Of a stretch of 64,000 bases of DNA, positions 1 to 11,299 are shown piece by piece. Where the stretch lies: positions 3,906,001-3,970,000 of the forward strand of contig CBFFSA010000001.1 of the NCBI GenBank assembly GCA_965644495.1. The letters are read 5' to 3'. A program made the translations under genes and the position numbers. The DNA is from Perkinsela sp. CCAP 1560/9 (lineage: Eukaryota; Protista; Euglenozoa: Kinetoplastea). The notes under the pieces are model-generated. The model worked only from the letters and a program-made list of their open reading frames with translations, was not told the DNA's origin and did not search any database. Within the stretch, counting starts at the first letter, position 1. Each line of letters begins with the position of its first letter.

Positions 1-1431
1 ATCTGTTATTTACCACTTTTTGGCGACCTCCTCTCCCCGGAAACGGCTTTTTCTGAGCTTCCCAGCGAGACCACAGCTATCTCGAGCACTACCTGTGGGC
101 ACTGCTTTCACACTCCTTGTATCACACAAGCCTTGCGACTTCTTCCTCAGTGTCCGACATGTAACGCCGCACAGCAGCCTCACGCAGTCCATGCACTGTA
201 CTTGAATTTAGCATCACTCTACCCCCCAGACATTTTAACCGGATCGAGCCGAAACGTTTCCTCCACACCTTCGGCGGTTTCTCGCTTGCAACGGATACAC
301 TTAGGAAAAAAAATCCGGGCACAGCTTCGTTCGATTGATTCACTAAACCGTGCCAGGGAGGAGAACACAGCGCAACTCCATGCATGTCATGACGAGATTG
401 ACACCACGCAAGAAAGTCTACATGCCGCATCCGGAGAGCTTAGCGAATTACAAGACTCCTCTGCGAAGCTGCTGCAAGAAAATGCCGCACTGGAAGTACA
501 TTGTGAGAAACTGGAAGCCATCCATGTGGGGGCGCAATTTATGGAAGGCGGAGAAATCGACGAAAGCCGCCTGGGTCTGGCACGTATTCCTCCACGGGTG
601 CACGAGTGTATGCGTGCCACACGAAGGATGCTAACACACTGTCAAAGCGACTTGGAGATGGCCCAAAAACTTCATCAAAAGATGAAGAACGAAAATGAAG
701 CGCTACGCCAGAAACTGTATCTCTATAAAGCACAAAGAAGGGGACACACATGGCAAGCGAGAGGTCATCGAGAGAAAGGGGTCACGAACGAATTGAAGCG
801 CTATCCTGTCGGAAAAAACGATTTGCCCTCGCAGAATCATTCCCCAGTTTTACGAAATCATACTGTTGATTCGTGTGCTATTCAGTCTGTTTACTCTTCG
901 AATCGTATTTCTTATGCGGATCGCGTAGGTAGCTCCTCGGATTCCAGACCTAACAAATTTGAAGTAAATGAAGTTTTAGATAAACCGCATGTTTCCTTAG
1001 TATCCGCAAGACAGAATGGTGAGAATCAAGATTCAATCGATTTGCTTCGAGCAGATAAGCTAAACGGTGATGAAAATTGCACGAAAAGCAATATCCCATT
1101 TACACCTCAAGAGGCCAAACAATTATTTTCCCCAAGTGAATGTAGCCCTATGAATGTGGACATAGACTCCTCCTCGCAACCAATGCAAACGCAAAACTCA
1201 TGTATAACCTCCACTAGCAGCAGTCAAGTTTTGAGCAATGAAAGGAGCGAAGTTATAGAACTTTCACCCCAGAAAAGTAAAGTTGCACCGCGCACACCAG
1301 GACAACAAAGGTGTCCTAAATTGTCTCAAAAATCACAACTCTCTACGTCTTTATTGACATTTACAGTTGTACCGCACCATAACACTCATATAGTTCCCAA
1401 TGTTGTACAGGAAATTGATCTAAACATCTAG
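1..1431 (+). CDS. RING finger + coiled-coil protein (TRAIP-like architecture), 5'-truncated by the window edge
   Basis: Frame 1 is open from base 1: ICYLPLF...SSTTCGHCFHTPC...QCPTC, then a coiled coil and a Ser-rich tail. The ORF track start at 133 is internal. Paralogous to the next gene. Confidence 0.8.
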   Translation: MCYLPLFGDLLSPETAFSELPSETTAISSTTCGHCFHTPCITQALRLLPQCPTCNAAQQPHAVHALYLNLASLYPPDILTGSSRNVSSTPSAVSRLQRIHLGKKIRAQLRSIDSLNRAREENTAQLHACHDEIDTTQESLHAASGELSELQDSSAKLLQENAALEVHCEKLEAIHVGAQFMEGGEIDESRLGLARIPPRVHECMRATRRMLTHCQSDLEMAQKLHQKMKNENEALRQKLYLYKAQRRGHTWQARGHREKGVTNELKRYPVGKNDLPSQNHSPVLRNHTVDSCAIQSVYSSNRISYADRVGSSSDSRPNKFEVNEVLDKPHVSLVSARQNGENQDSIDLLRADKLNGDENCTKSNIPFTPQEAKQLFSPSECSPMNVDIDSSSQPMQTQNSCITSTSSSQVLSNERSEVIELSPQKSKVAPRTPGQQRCPKLSQKSQLSTSLLTFTVVPHHNTHIVPNVVQEIDLNI

Positions 1432-1598
1432 AATGACACCAAACAAGACACTCGAATTTCTTATCAAATCAATATCGCCTTGTTGAGTGTAGGTGTTTGT
1501 AAGAAGCGGTGCATTCACGTACACGTTGGCGTCATTCCTTCAGCTCCGTCCTCTTTTTTTTTCATTTTTTCTTCTCCTCCCGCCATGAGAATGCCGCC

Positions 1599-3587
1599 AT
1601 GAGTACCGCGACGGATTGCCCCATCTGCTACCTCCCTCTCCTCACCGAGGCCGCGGACACGCCCCCTCCACAGCCCGAACCGGAGAACCCCCCGCTCCCC
1701 CCTGCCCCCATCTCCAGCACCACCTGCGGACACTGTTTCCACACCGCCTGCCTGCACCAAGCCCTCACGTACCTCCGACGCTGTCCCTCCTGTCGGGCCC
1801 CGCAGGAGATTTACGAGACCCACCCGCTCCACCTGCAGCACCTGCAGAATCCGAATTTTCCGTTTGTTCAAAGCACAGGGGGGGAAGAAGAAGAAGAGCA
1901 GGAAGAAGAAGAAGAAGAAGAAGAACAAGAAATGCAAGAAAGAGAAGCCTCTGAACGTTTTGATAAAAATGGATTCAATTCTTCAACAGCGCTTGACATC
2001 GAAGGAGGAGAAGGGGGCGTAGGTCTACAAAACAACGACGGTGTAAAGGCAAAGAATGCGCTTTATGGAAAAATACAATCCAATGGTGAGGCCATTGCCT
2101 CGCTCTCCGAGGTGTGTCTACGTGACCGGCAGGGCTTGCTGTCGTCCCAGACAAAGCTCTCCGAGACCCGGTGGAATGTGGAGATCAAACAAGGCGAGAT
2201 CTCTCGTCTTCGTCAGGATACCGCGCTGTTGTATGAGACCAAACTAAAGCTAATGGATCGGTGTGAGTCGATGCAGTCTACCGAGGAGAGGTTGGGGGCG
2301 GAGAATGAGGGGGAGGAGACGGTGCTCAGTTCGCTCGGACTTGCCCATTTACCGGCGAAAGTGGTCGAGTGCATGAGATCCACGCGACGAGTCCTGGAAT
2401 CCCGACGGAAGGAGCTGCGTGTGATGCAAATGCGCTACCAGAATGTGTTACGGGATAATGAGCGGCTGCGAGGGAAGTTACAAAAGGAACAATCGAGAGC
2501 ACAGGGCGCAGTAAAGGGAATGGACACGGAACGGTTGAGGCTTGTGGAGAGCTGGCAAATCGAAACCGCACTCTCACCCCAGAGAACGAAAGTTTTTTCG
2601 CAGGAACAAGCAGAGAAGCCCCCACCGATGGTTTACGTGGAAACTTTGCATGGCTCTTCAGATTCCGCAATAAAAGGCAAGACGAAGTTTGCATCAGATC
2701 CCGTTGAGACGTCGAGTACGGAACGTGGAATACAGAGCACTCGAAAACGGACACGTTATGATGTGACATCATTTTCACACCCAGATGATTCGCAAATTTC
2801 ATCTAGTCGGGCGGTATCTCCGAAGGGTGGTCCTCCTGAAGAAAGTTGGCGAAGAGTTTGTGAAACGAACACGATAAATATTACTGATGTAATCGATCCT
2901 GCACCTCACCCCCTTCCTACAGGAATTGTGACCTCATCGAGTCCTACTTTCCAACAGAAGAAGCCTAACCTCTACATTTCGAACGATGCCGTTGTGGAAC
3001 AATTTGGTAGTGAGGACGAATCGTTCGAGTTGATTCGTCATTTATCATCGCACGATTCGGCGGTAACTAATCCACGAAAATCACAACGTTCCACACATCG
3101 GTCGTCTTCGCAAATCGATAATTTATCATCAACTGCTTCTCAATCACGAAAAGGTGAAGTCATCTCTTTGTGCCAGAGCTCCTCTCACGGGAATTCGCGC
3201 AACTCTGCTGAATGTGAAACTGTCGATCTTGTGAAAGAAAAAATATTATCATCACGAAAGGGATTCACCTCGCGTAAAGAACAAATCACAAGTTCGCACA
3301 TTTTATCCAGTGAGAATTCGGATGAACAAAGCGCGCTGGTCATCCCGGGAAGTCACCGAACGAGAACAGCTTGTAAAACGAATGCAAACCATCACCCCGA
3401 CGCAACGACATCCGTAGCGGCCCGGGTGGTACAGATTTCGACACCCTCTCAGCATGCTAACACGAGTAACATGAATCGTGCTCATACGAAAAATCGAGGA
3501 ATAAACTCGAGCACAAAATTTTCAGTGCCTCCCAAACAACAGAATGGCACGAAGACTAAGGCGCGTGTCATGACATGTGTACTATAG
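1599..3587 (+). CDS. RING finger + coiled-coil protein (putative E3 ligase), tandem paralog
   Basis: MSTATDCPICYLPLL...CGHCFHTAC...RRCPSC, poly-Glu tract, and a coiled coil sharing LGLA.(I/L)P..V.ECMR.TRR with gene 1. ATG at 1599 follows a pyrimidine tract. Confidence 0.85.
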   Translation: MSTATDCPICYLPLLTEAADTPPPQPEPENPPLPPAPISSTTCGHCFHTACLHQALTYLRRCPSCRAPQEIYETHPLHLQHLQNPNFPFVQSTGGEEEEEQEEEEEEEEQEMQEREASERFDKNGFNSSTALDIEGGEGGVGLQNNDGVKAKNALYGKIQSNGEAIASLSEVCLRDRQGLLSSQTKLSETRWNVEIKQGEISRLRQDTALLYETKLKLMDRCESMQSTEERLGAENEGEETVLSSLGLAHLPAKVVECMRSTRRVLESRRKELRVMQMRYQNVLRDNERLRGKLQKEQSRAQGAVKGMDTERLRLVESWQIETALSPQRTKVFSQEQAEKPPPMVYVETLHGSSDSAIKGKTKFASDPVETSSTERGIQSTRKRTRYDVTSFSHPDDSQISSSRAVSPKGGPPEESWRRVCETNTINITDVIDPAPHPLPTGIVTSSSPTFQQKKPNLYISNDAVVEQFGSEDESFELIRHLSSHDSAVTNPRKSQRSTHRSSSQIDNLSSTASQSRKGEVISLCQSSSHGNSRNSAECETVDLVKEKILSSRKGFTSRKEQITSSHILSSENSDEQSALVIPGSHRTRTACKTNANHHPDATTSVAARVVQISTPSQHANTSNMNRAHTKNRGINSSTKFSVPPKQQNGTKTKARVMTCVL

Positions 3588-3751
3588 AGTAGATTTAGCT
3601 CCTGCAACTTTATATTTATGGTATGACATCTTTAAACGTATTTTCTAATTTTCAAAGAACGCATGATCGTGTTTCATCAAGCATAGAAGTTTTTATTACG
3701 CTTTAGTTCAGCATTCTTTTTCTTCTAATTTCTCTTAATGAATTTCTACCA

Positions 3752-4553
3752 ATGTTCCTATCCCCCCCTCTATATTTTACAGATACTGTAACTCGGTTAG
3801 GCAAGGCGAGGGCCCCACTACCGCAAGAGTATGAATTAGCAGCGTTCATACGGGACGTGGAGAATCCGTATCCTACGTGGAACACAAGTACTCCGGCATG
3901 TAAGTGGAAGAGCGTTATATGCAGCAAGGAAGGAAGGGTACAGAAGGTGAACTGGAGTTGGAATGGCGATCATGAAATGCCGCGTCATTTTAATTATCGA
4001 AAATTGAGAGGTATTTTGCACTGGAATGAATTGCCTGGGACAATTACCTCTGTACGGGTTACTGAAAACGCTTTTCGTGGAACGGTGTGCTTTCGAGCAC
4101 TTCCACATGAACTGGTCTTATTACAGCTAGAAAGAAATGCATTCGAGGGTACCTTGGACCTGAATGAATTGCCACAAAAACTGTTGCAGGGTTATGTATC
4201 GTTTAACAAATTTTATCGGCTACCTTGACCTTCGAAGCTTGCCGCCATCTATTACGGAACTATGGTCCCAGGAGAATTCTTTTCATGGTGGTCTCATCCT
4301 TACTTGTCTGCCTAACTCTTTGAAGTTTCTCGCTCTCTCAAAGAACAGGTTCGAAGGCGATGTGAATTTGGATCATCTCCCCAAGAAGATGGGTTATCTT
4401 AATCTTTCAGATAACGTAAATCTGTGTGGTATGTACCGGGCATGGTTGCTGCCGACGGCAATGTACGATCGGTATTGGACGGAATGGTGTTCGTGTACGT
4501 ATGCAATGCACTCATTTATTTTTTCATCGACACTCATTGAGGAAGACGCGTGA
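3752..4553 (+). pseudogene. LRR family gene with a single frameshift
   Basis: ORFs 3752-4228 and 4164-4553 join into a continuous LRR (SFNKFIGYLDLRSLP) if one T is removed from TTTT at 4211-4214. Could also be a homopolymer sequencing error. Confidence 0.75.
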
Positions 4554-5114
4554 ACCCTAAGATTTTTTCTATGCAAGACATGCGAAAAGAGGTACAAAAA
4601 GCAGATTTGGGGCCAAAATAGCCGAATCTGGGGAAGACATTTTTGGGTGGCAAATTTGACACTGGTCCTGATTTGGGCTTCGGCCCGGACCATGCGAATG
4701 TAATTTTTCAAGAACACTACTTTTTTCTTCTTTATTAAACCGTGTTTCAGGTTAATGTACCTGTACAATATGTGAGAACGATTGGGTTTATCTCATTATG
4801 TTCGATTTCGAAAAAAGCTAGGTATCGAAACCTCATTTTCCAAATATTTTTCTCCGGACGGGTAAACTAGGTCACACAGCTTCCCAGCTCTCAGTGCGCG
4901 CAATCGCGCTGCTGGGGTAATGCCACAACACATTAATTACCGCTCCATATACTGTTGAATAAGTGGAGTATTGTATCATCCATTGTTAGCAATCGGATAT
5001 TGTTCTTAAACAAAAACTGTCAACAATAGACGTACCGCTCGCTTTAGATACTTGCGCATCTCCTTTAAAAACTATTTTTCTGTTATTTACAGTACACTTC
5101 AATACTTTTCCTTT

Positions 5115-5684
5115 ATGAACATCTCTCGTGCACATAAAGTGCGTGGTACTTCCCTTCCACCTGAGTTTATGCTTATTCGAATGATTGAAAATATTCAGAA
5201 CCCACACCCATCATGGACGTCAGATATGCCAGCATCTGAGTGGAAAGGAGTAGTGTGTTTGGAAAACGGTGACATTGAAAAAGTTAGGTTTGAAGCGGAG
5301 GAATTACGCGGATCTTTAAGTTGGGACATGTTACCTCGCTCACTTACTTTTTTTTCTGTTCATCAGAGCAAGCTAATGGGAGAAGTAGACCTCAGTGAAT
5401 TGCCCCTAAAACTCAAATTTTTAGATGGTTCTTATAACACCTTTACGGGGGGACTTGATTTATGTCATCTTCCAATGTCGCTTGAAGAGATCTTCTTTTC
5501 TGAGAACCGGTTAAGTGGGCGAGTTGATTTTTCTCATCTTCCACATCGTTTGTGTTCACTTGCTTTGAGACACAATCGACTACTTGAGGGTGAAATGCGG
5601 CTTAGTGAACTTCCTTTAAGTTTAAGTTATCGTCCAATACAAGAAACTTCCATTGTATTTATTGATGATTCCGAAACAAACTAG
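5115..5684 (+). CDS. Small LRR protein
   Basis: N-cap WxxxxPxxxWKGVxC followed by LPxxLxxLxxxxNxLxG repeats. Close paralog of 27510-28079. Confidence 0.85.
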   Translation: MNISRAHKVRGTSLPPEFMLIRMIENIQNPHPSWTSDMPASEWKGVVCLENGDIEKVRFEAEELRGSLSWDMLPRSLTFFSVHQSKLMGEVDLSELPLKLKFLDGSYNTFTGGLDLCHLPMSLEEIFFSENRLSGRVDFSHLPHRLCSLALRHNRLLEGEMRLSELPLSLSYRPIQETSIVFIDDSETN

Positions 5685-6344
5685 ATCACATCTTGTTTCA
5701 AGTGTGATGTCAATAGAAAATTAATAAAAGTGAAATTAAAGGAAGGTCCGACAACCGTAAAAGCAAAATCACCTCATGAATCACATTTTTTTGAAATATC
5801 TTGCGTTGTTTCAGTATTTTTGGTATTTTATAATGCCCTATGTGGGGTGTGCTCGATTTTCCTGTAAAAAAGAGCTCACTTTGATCAAGGTTTCTCTGGG
5901 CCGAGGAGGGTTGTGTGCAGTGGCTAAAAAATCCAAATTTCCATTGAAATCGTTCCCGATCTAGCTTTCACTATATAATATTATATTATACACTATATTA
6001 TATAGTGTATTATATTATACACTATATTATATAGTGACCACCCTCCCAAAGTTGAGGAAGCAGTAGCTATTAAAGCCGTAAGGTTTAAAAGATAGGAATT
6101 TCGGAAAGAATGCTAAAAAAACACCTCTTATGGGAAATTGAAAAAAATACTAAATTTTCTTGAATTTAACCTTAATAAACCATATTCCAGGATAGTATAC
6201 CCATGTCCACTCAGTGTACCTACCCCCCTCAACATAACAGAAGCGTGAGGTGTACCATTTTCAGAAGCAAAAGTGCAGCATTTCTTAGCAATAACAGACC
6301 CAGCCCCTTATTTGAAGGCCAAGGTGAGCGCTGTAAAATTATTA

Positions 6345-6564
6345 CTATCCCCCCCTATTTAATAGGACTCCGATTTTGGGCAAAAGGCCCTATTAAAGTA
6401 GGGGACATGGAAAATAATGTGAAAGAAAAAAAAATCGGCGCCGCTTCGCGGCGGATTCGAGAAATTTTTTCCACCTTTCCTGAAATCTTTTTTGGTCTTC
6501 TAGACAAAATAGCCCTATTCAAGTGGAGGTCACACGTAGCCCTATTAAATAGGGGGGGGGATAG
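6345..6564. mobile_element. TA-flanked MITE (Tc1/mariner-like)
   Basis: TIRs CTATCCCCCCCTATTTAATAGG / CCTATTAAATAGGGGGGGGGATAG, with TA on both sides. Confidence 0.8.
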
Positions 6565-6899
6565 TAATATGTTTTTCGTTTCATAACAATTATTATTGAT
6601 ATCTTTTATTGGGAGCCTGCGATATTAATTGGAATTGTCTATATACTGTGCCCCCCACTTATAGTGCCGCGGTTTTCGACCAAACGGCACTATAAGTGGG
6701 GGGGCGTAGTATGTTTCAGATCGAGGGTGAAAATTTTTCCACCTTCAAAAAAAAAGCGCGCCTCTTCGCGGCGCAATTCTTTCTATCATGCGGTTTTGAG
6801 TGCCCAAGAGCTGTAAATGGAGTTTCTATTCCACTGCTGGGTATGAAGTACAGTGGTCGTAAAAGACTACAGTAGTCGTAAAAATGTGAAATAAAGATG

Positions 6900-7260
6900 C
6901 CCCGCCAAAAAAGTATTGTAATTTATTGGTATCGACCACGAATTTTTGGTCGATACTAATAAATACAATATTTTTTCCATATTATTTCCACGAGTTGCCA
7001 CTGGCCTCCAAAAAGTTGGACATTATCATATCGGATCTGTGCAAACGTATAGTGAAGCATAAAAATAGGAGAGAGAGAAATCAATCAGCTTCCCTCGAGA
7101 TGATCAAGTGGCCGCGTATATCAGAACTCATTATGCTAATTTCCTGAAAATTCGAAAAAAACAACTAAAATTCAGGTCAAAACTCAAAAAAATGGTCGAT
7201 ACTAATAAATACAATACTTTTTGTGTGGGTCATTTTTGTGAACAATACTTTTGGGCGGGG
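6900..7260. mobile_element. Nested TIR element
   Basis: Inverted termini CCCCGCCAAAAAAGTATTGT / ACAATACTTTTGGGCGGGG; internal TGGTCGATACTAATAAATACAATA occurs twice. Confidence 0.6.
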
Positions 7261-7510
7261 GTGTAAAATAACTGTGAAATATTAATTCGTAAACAAATTT
7301 CGAAATGACGAGCTGTATTCCGTATGTTTCCATAACGGAAAAGACAAACACCTTCGTCACTGCATGCTTACCATTAATTTCTTGGAGCAATTTAAGGTGC
7401 ACTTTCCTTAAAATTGCCTCTTGCTCTTTGTTGAAGCTTCTCTGGCGCTTTCTTCCTTTGAGACCGCGATTGATGCGTGATCGATAAATCGACTCCTAAA
7501 ACGTATTTTA

Positions 7511-7605
7511 GTGGCTTCGTTAAACGAGGAGGTAGTTTTCAACGCTAAGCGCGCAGCATGAGTGACTTCTAAGTTGAAAACAACCACCACGTTTAACGAA
7601 GCCAC
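7511..7605. mobile_element. ~95-bp palindromic MITE (possibly Harbinger/Tourist-like)
   Basis: GTGGCTTCGTTAAACG...CGTTTAACGAAGCCAC. Near-identical copy at 49889-49983 and related ends near 10340, 21590, 29618 and 42525. Confidence 0.7.
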
Positions 7606-8164
7606 TCAATATTAGAAATTTCCACCATGTTTACTGTACTTTTTGGTCAAAAAAAAATTAGTCATTTTTTTCGGACATTTTTTTCAAACGGCACTATAAG
7701 TGGGGGGGTACCCCGCGGCACTATAAGTGGGGGGGGGGGCACAGTAATTAGAAATATTTTATAACGGCTCAATGTTTGTATTACATGTACATTTGTTTTA
7801 TGGTATTTCATCCATTGATTATTCACGATAAAAGTTTTGATTCCCACCCACCCACCCGAGAACGAACTGTAAACAAGAAATTTCCCAGTCGTAAGTTGGG
7901 CAGATGATGAACAATTATAGTGGAAATATAAATTAGCCGGATATTTTATGAGCTTACTTGAATGTATATCGTTTTAGAAATATTCAGCATTTATGTTGCA
8001 TGCAATGTATATACGAACTATCACTGAATTTACTTAGGCATTGATTTTACAATTCTAAATTATGATTATTAACAACGTCTTGGTAAGTAGATAGGACATA
8101 AAAACACGAACGTCAGAATATTTTCTTCACTCGCATCCATTATTCATTTTTGAACAAAAAAATC

Positions 8165-9606
8165 GGTTAAAGACTAGTTATATTGTAGTCTAAAAAACCA
8201 ATTTTCCACATTTTGCATATCAATTGTGTTTGATGTATTCTACCGTTACGCGGGCTTATTTGTACCACTTTAGAATACTAAGCGCTGTTTTTACTTATAT
8301 TAATGTCAAATTGTTCATGCTGCGACCTCAGTTGCGTCCTCACATGGCGCAACGACAGCCACATTCCTAAGGATTTCGCCACTTTTTTGAGGACCCACGG
8401 AATCGTGAAAGACGAAGTATGCCCTCTACACGGAAAGACCGGTACACCTCACAAGACAAATTCTCTTCTAAGCGTATGCTGGAGTCGAGTGGGAAAGGGA
8501 AGTTGCCGAAAGAGGATTTCAAAATTATGGCCGTATTTTTCAGCAAAACAAAAGAACGCATCTTCTAAGTTCCTCTTTCTAGTAAAATTTTGCCAGCGAA
8601 TCGAAAACCAGGTCATTGACTCCCAATGCAGTGTCAACAAAAACACTGTGGTCAAGTGGAAAAAGGAAATTTTGCAGGTGGTGGCTAACTATGTAAAGGA
8701 TCGAAACGAAAAAACTACTTTTCTGAAGTGTGTTGTTGATGAAACGTACATTTTCACACGAAAATATAATTATGGAAGAAGGGCGCGACAAAAGCCTTTC
8801 TGGATGGCAACAGTGACAGGAATCAGCAGAGATGGAAAATGTATATCTACCATCTGGAAACGGATCAGTAATAAGAAAAAAGAAACCTTACAGGGCATCG
8901 TAAAAAGGAATACTGTAGACAGTAAAAGAAGCTTAGTCATGACAGACTGCCTCAAAGCCTACAAAGGATTGAGTGACTACTTGAACCATAAAACCGTAAA
9001 TCACAGTAGAAAAGGCCGATACCGGTTCGTTACTGAGGATGGGATTCATACAAATAATGCGGAAAGTTGTCATTCGGCAATAAAACGAGCAATACGCAGG
9101 CAGCGTCGACTCTCAATGTTACCCGAAGAAGCGGAAAAAACAATTTCACTGTACACCTTGTGGTTTAAGAAACCATCCTGGCAACTCCGACTTAAAGAAC
9201 TCATGATAGCCCTGAAGGAAGCGAAAGATTTGGATTTGACAGAAGTTGAAATGTCAAGCGATGAAGAACCAGATTCTGAGTTTATTGTTGGGCAACGCAG
9301 CGCCCACAACATGGAGGTTGACAATGAATTCTCAAGCGGGTATGAAAGTGAAACGATTACTCTAATTGAACGTTTGTTAGACACTTCTCTTTAAAAGCTT
9401 GTGAAAGATAGGAAGGATGAAGGCATAAAGGGTGAAAGCGTAGAAGATACAAATAAGTTTATTGAACTGATGGTACAGACGCCGACTAAATACCGTTCCT
9501 AAATATTCTTTATATGATACACATTACTTGGAGCTACCTTTATTAATGTCAAAATAGAACTAAAATAAAACAGATTTTTTGACTACAATATAAGTAGTCT
9601 GCACCC
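8165..9606 (+). mobile_element. Complete Merlin (IS1595/ISXO2-like) DNA transposon
   Basis: Imperfect TIRs GGTTAAAGACTAGTTATATTGTAGTC / reverse complement GGGTGCAGACTACTTATATTGTAGTC; 8-bp TSD AAAAAATC (8157-8164 and 9607-9614); internal transposase. Confidence 0.92.
8303..9394 (+). CDS. Merlin/IS1595-family DDE transposase (intact)
   Basis: VDETY..RKYNYGR, MTDCLKAYKGL and HKTVNHS...FVTEDGIHTNNAESCHSAIKR motifs; N-terminal Cys cluster. Confidence 0.92.
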   Translation: MSNCSCCDLSCVLTWRNDSHIPKDFATFLRTHGIVKDEVCPLHGKTGTPHKTNSLLSVCWSRVGKGSCRKRISKLWPYFSAKQKNASSKFLFLVKFCQRIENQVIDSQCSVNKNTVVKWKKEILQVVANYVKDRNEKTTFLKCVVDETYIFTRKYNYGRRARQKPFWMATVTGISRDGKCISTIWKRISNKKKETLQGIVKRNTVDSKRSLVMTDCLKAYKGLSDYLNHKTVNHSRKGRYRFVTEDGIHTNNAESCHSAIKRAIRRQRRLSMLPEEAEKTISLYTLWFKKPSWQLRLKELMIALKEAKDLDLTEVEMSSDEEPDSEFIVGQRSAHNMEVDNEFSSGYESETITLIERLLDTSL

Positions 9607-10673
9607 AAAAAATCAAAGAACTGTTTTCGTTTTCAAATCTAAAAATTATGTTATTTTTGATATTTTTTGGGGTCATCCCAAAAAGGTCTGAAATTTCGAA
9701 CTTGTCGGACCCCTCATTCGCGTATCAGGAGGGGGGTCCCATCCCCAGGTGGGAGTGGAATGTATGTAAATATTGAGCAGAAGGATTTTTTCCCTACGAG
9801 TGTTTTTCTTACGTGTCTAGCCTTTTGCATTACGTTTTTAACAACGCGCTTGCGTTTTATTAGTTAATTCCTCTTTGCTATAAATTAATGATGACAACAA
9901 GATACTGGAGTCTCTGACTACATTCTGATTGAACGAACTTCTTTCCCCGACTGAACAGACTTTTTTAAACACTCATCTAAACCCCTGTAGAGTTATTTTT
10001 TCCATCTTTTATTATTCCCATTTCTACCTGAAGGGTGTTCTATTTTCCACTAATTTTTCCCTTTTTTAAAAACTATCTAAAACGTTGCACACTAAGAAAT
10101 TCGGAAATTTTTGAGAACACTGGTGAGTCTCTAGTTCACCATTTTTCGTCGCAAAAAAATACTCACAGCGACTCACAGCGATCTACAGGTACTCAAAGTT
10201 TCTGCTATTCCATACAGAATTGCACTCAGTGTTCTAGACTTCTTGTTCAAAAGTTATTTGGTGTAAAAATAGAATTTACCTTCTCTAAATCTTTTTCTAG
10301 AAGATTTTTTTATTTATAAGTAATGTCGGTGTGCTAGCAGCTTCGTTAAAAAGCGGTGGTTGTTGGTAAACGGGCTTCGCAAATTGCTTCCCACTAACGA
10401 CGCCGTGTATGGCCCGCTCGCGCGGGCCCTCGCCATACCTCTCCCCTTCGGCTTCGCAAATTGTTTCCCACTAACGGCGTCACGTATAGCTCAGGCCCGC
10501 TCACGCGGGCAAAACCTGGCAAAACTTAACAGGTTTCAACCCTCTTTATTTCTATAGTAATAGAAAATCAATGAGTTTAATCATAGATTCGCATAAATCC
10601 TAATTTCTTCTGGTCATCAAAAAGTTTTTTCTTATAAAGTTTTTATAAGGTTTATAAAGTTTTTTCTTATTTA

Positions 10674-11036
10674 CTGTACCCCTCCTACTTGTTTGTCACT
10701 ACTTTTCGCGAAAAGGTGACAGATAACTAGGCGACCAGTGTGCGACAGATAACTAGGCAGGGGGTCTGTCACAAAAAAAAGGCAGAGCATGGAATTACAG
10801 AAACGGTTTTATAATAGCACTACGCACGACCATTCGCTTGAAACACAAAAAGGAAAAATATAAGTTTCATTTTATGATTTTTTTTTGTCAAAAAGTATTT
10901 TACCTATTTTTAAAAAATGACAGATAACTAGGGGGGGTAGTCGACAAAAAAAAAATTCGAAGTGCCAAAAAGTGACAGATAACTAGGGGGGGGGAGGGGG
11001 GGTGACGTGTGACAGATAACTAGGGGGGGGGTACAG
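10674..11036. mobile_element. TA-flanked MITE
   Basis: Termini CTGTACCCC / GGGGTACAG, TA flanks, and five internal GACAGATAACTAGG copies. Confidence 0.75.
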
Positions 11037-11299
11037 TAATTACAATCATTTATGCAACTCCCAGTAGTCGGTTTACTTTCCCCTAAGCCATTAAGCATGA
11101 CCAGTCTTTTGAAGTGCCTCTTCCAGTCTTTCGGGGTTTTCCGACGAAAAAAATACTCACAGCTACTCACAGCGAATCACAGCAGCCCACAGCGATTCAC
11201 AGAAACCCGCACATATCTACAGATACTAACTACAGACTCACCACTGTACAACTAGTCCCATGTGCAAGTCAGAGCACAGATGCACAAGGATGATTGAGC

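Larger units (their letters stand above)
6646..7744. mobile_element. TA-flanked MITE containing nested elements
   Basis: TIRs CTGTGCCCCCCACTTATAGTGCCG / CGGCACTATAAGTGGG..GCACAG, TA flanks, and internal copies of the TIR motif. Confidence 0.75.
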
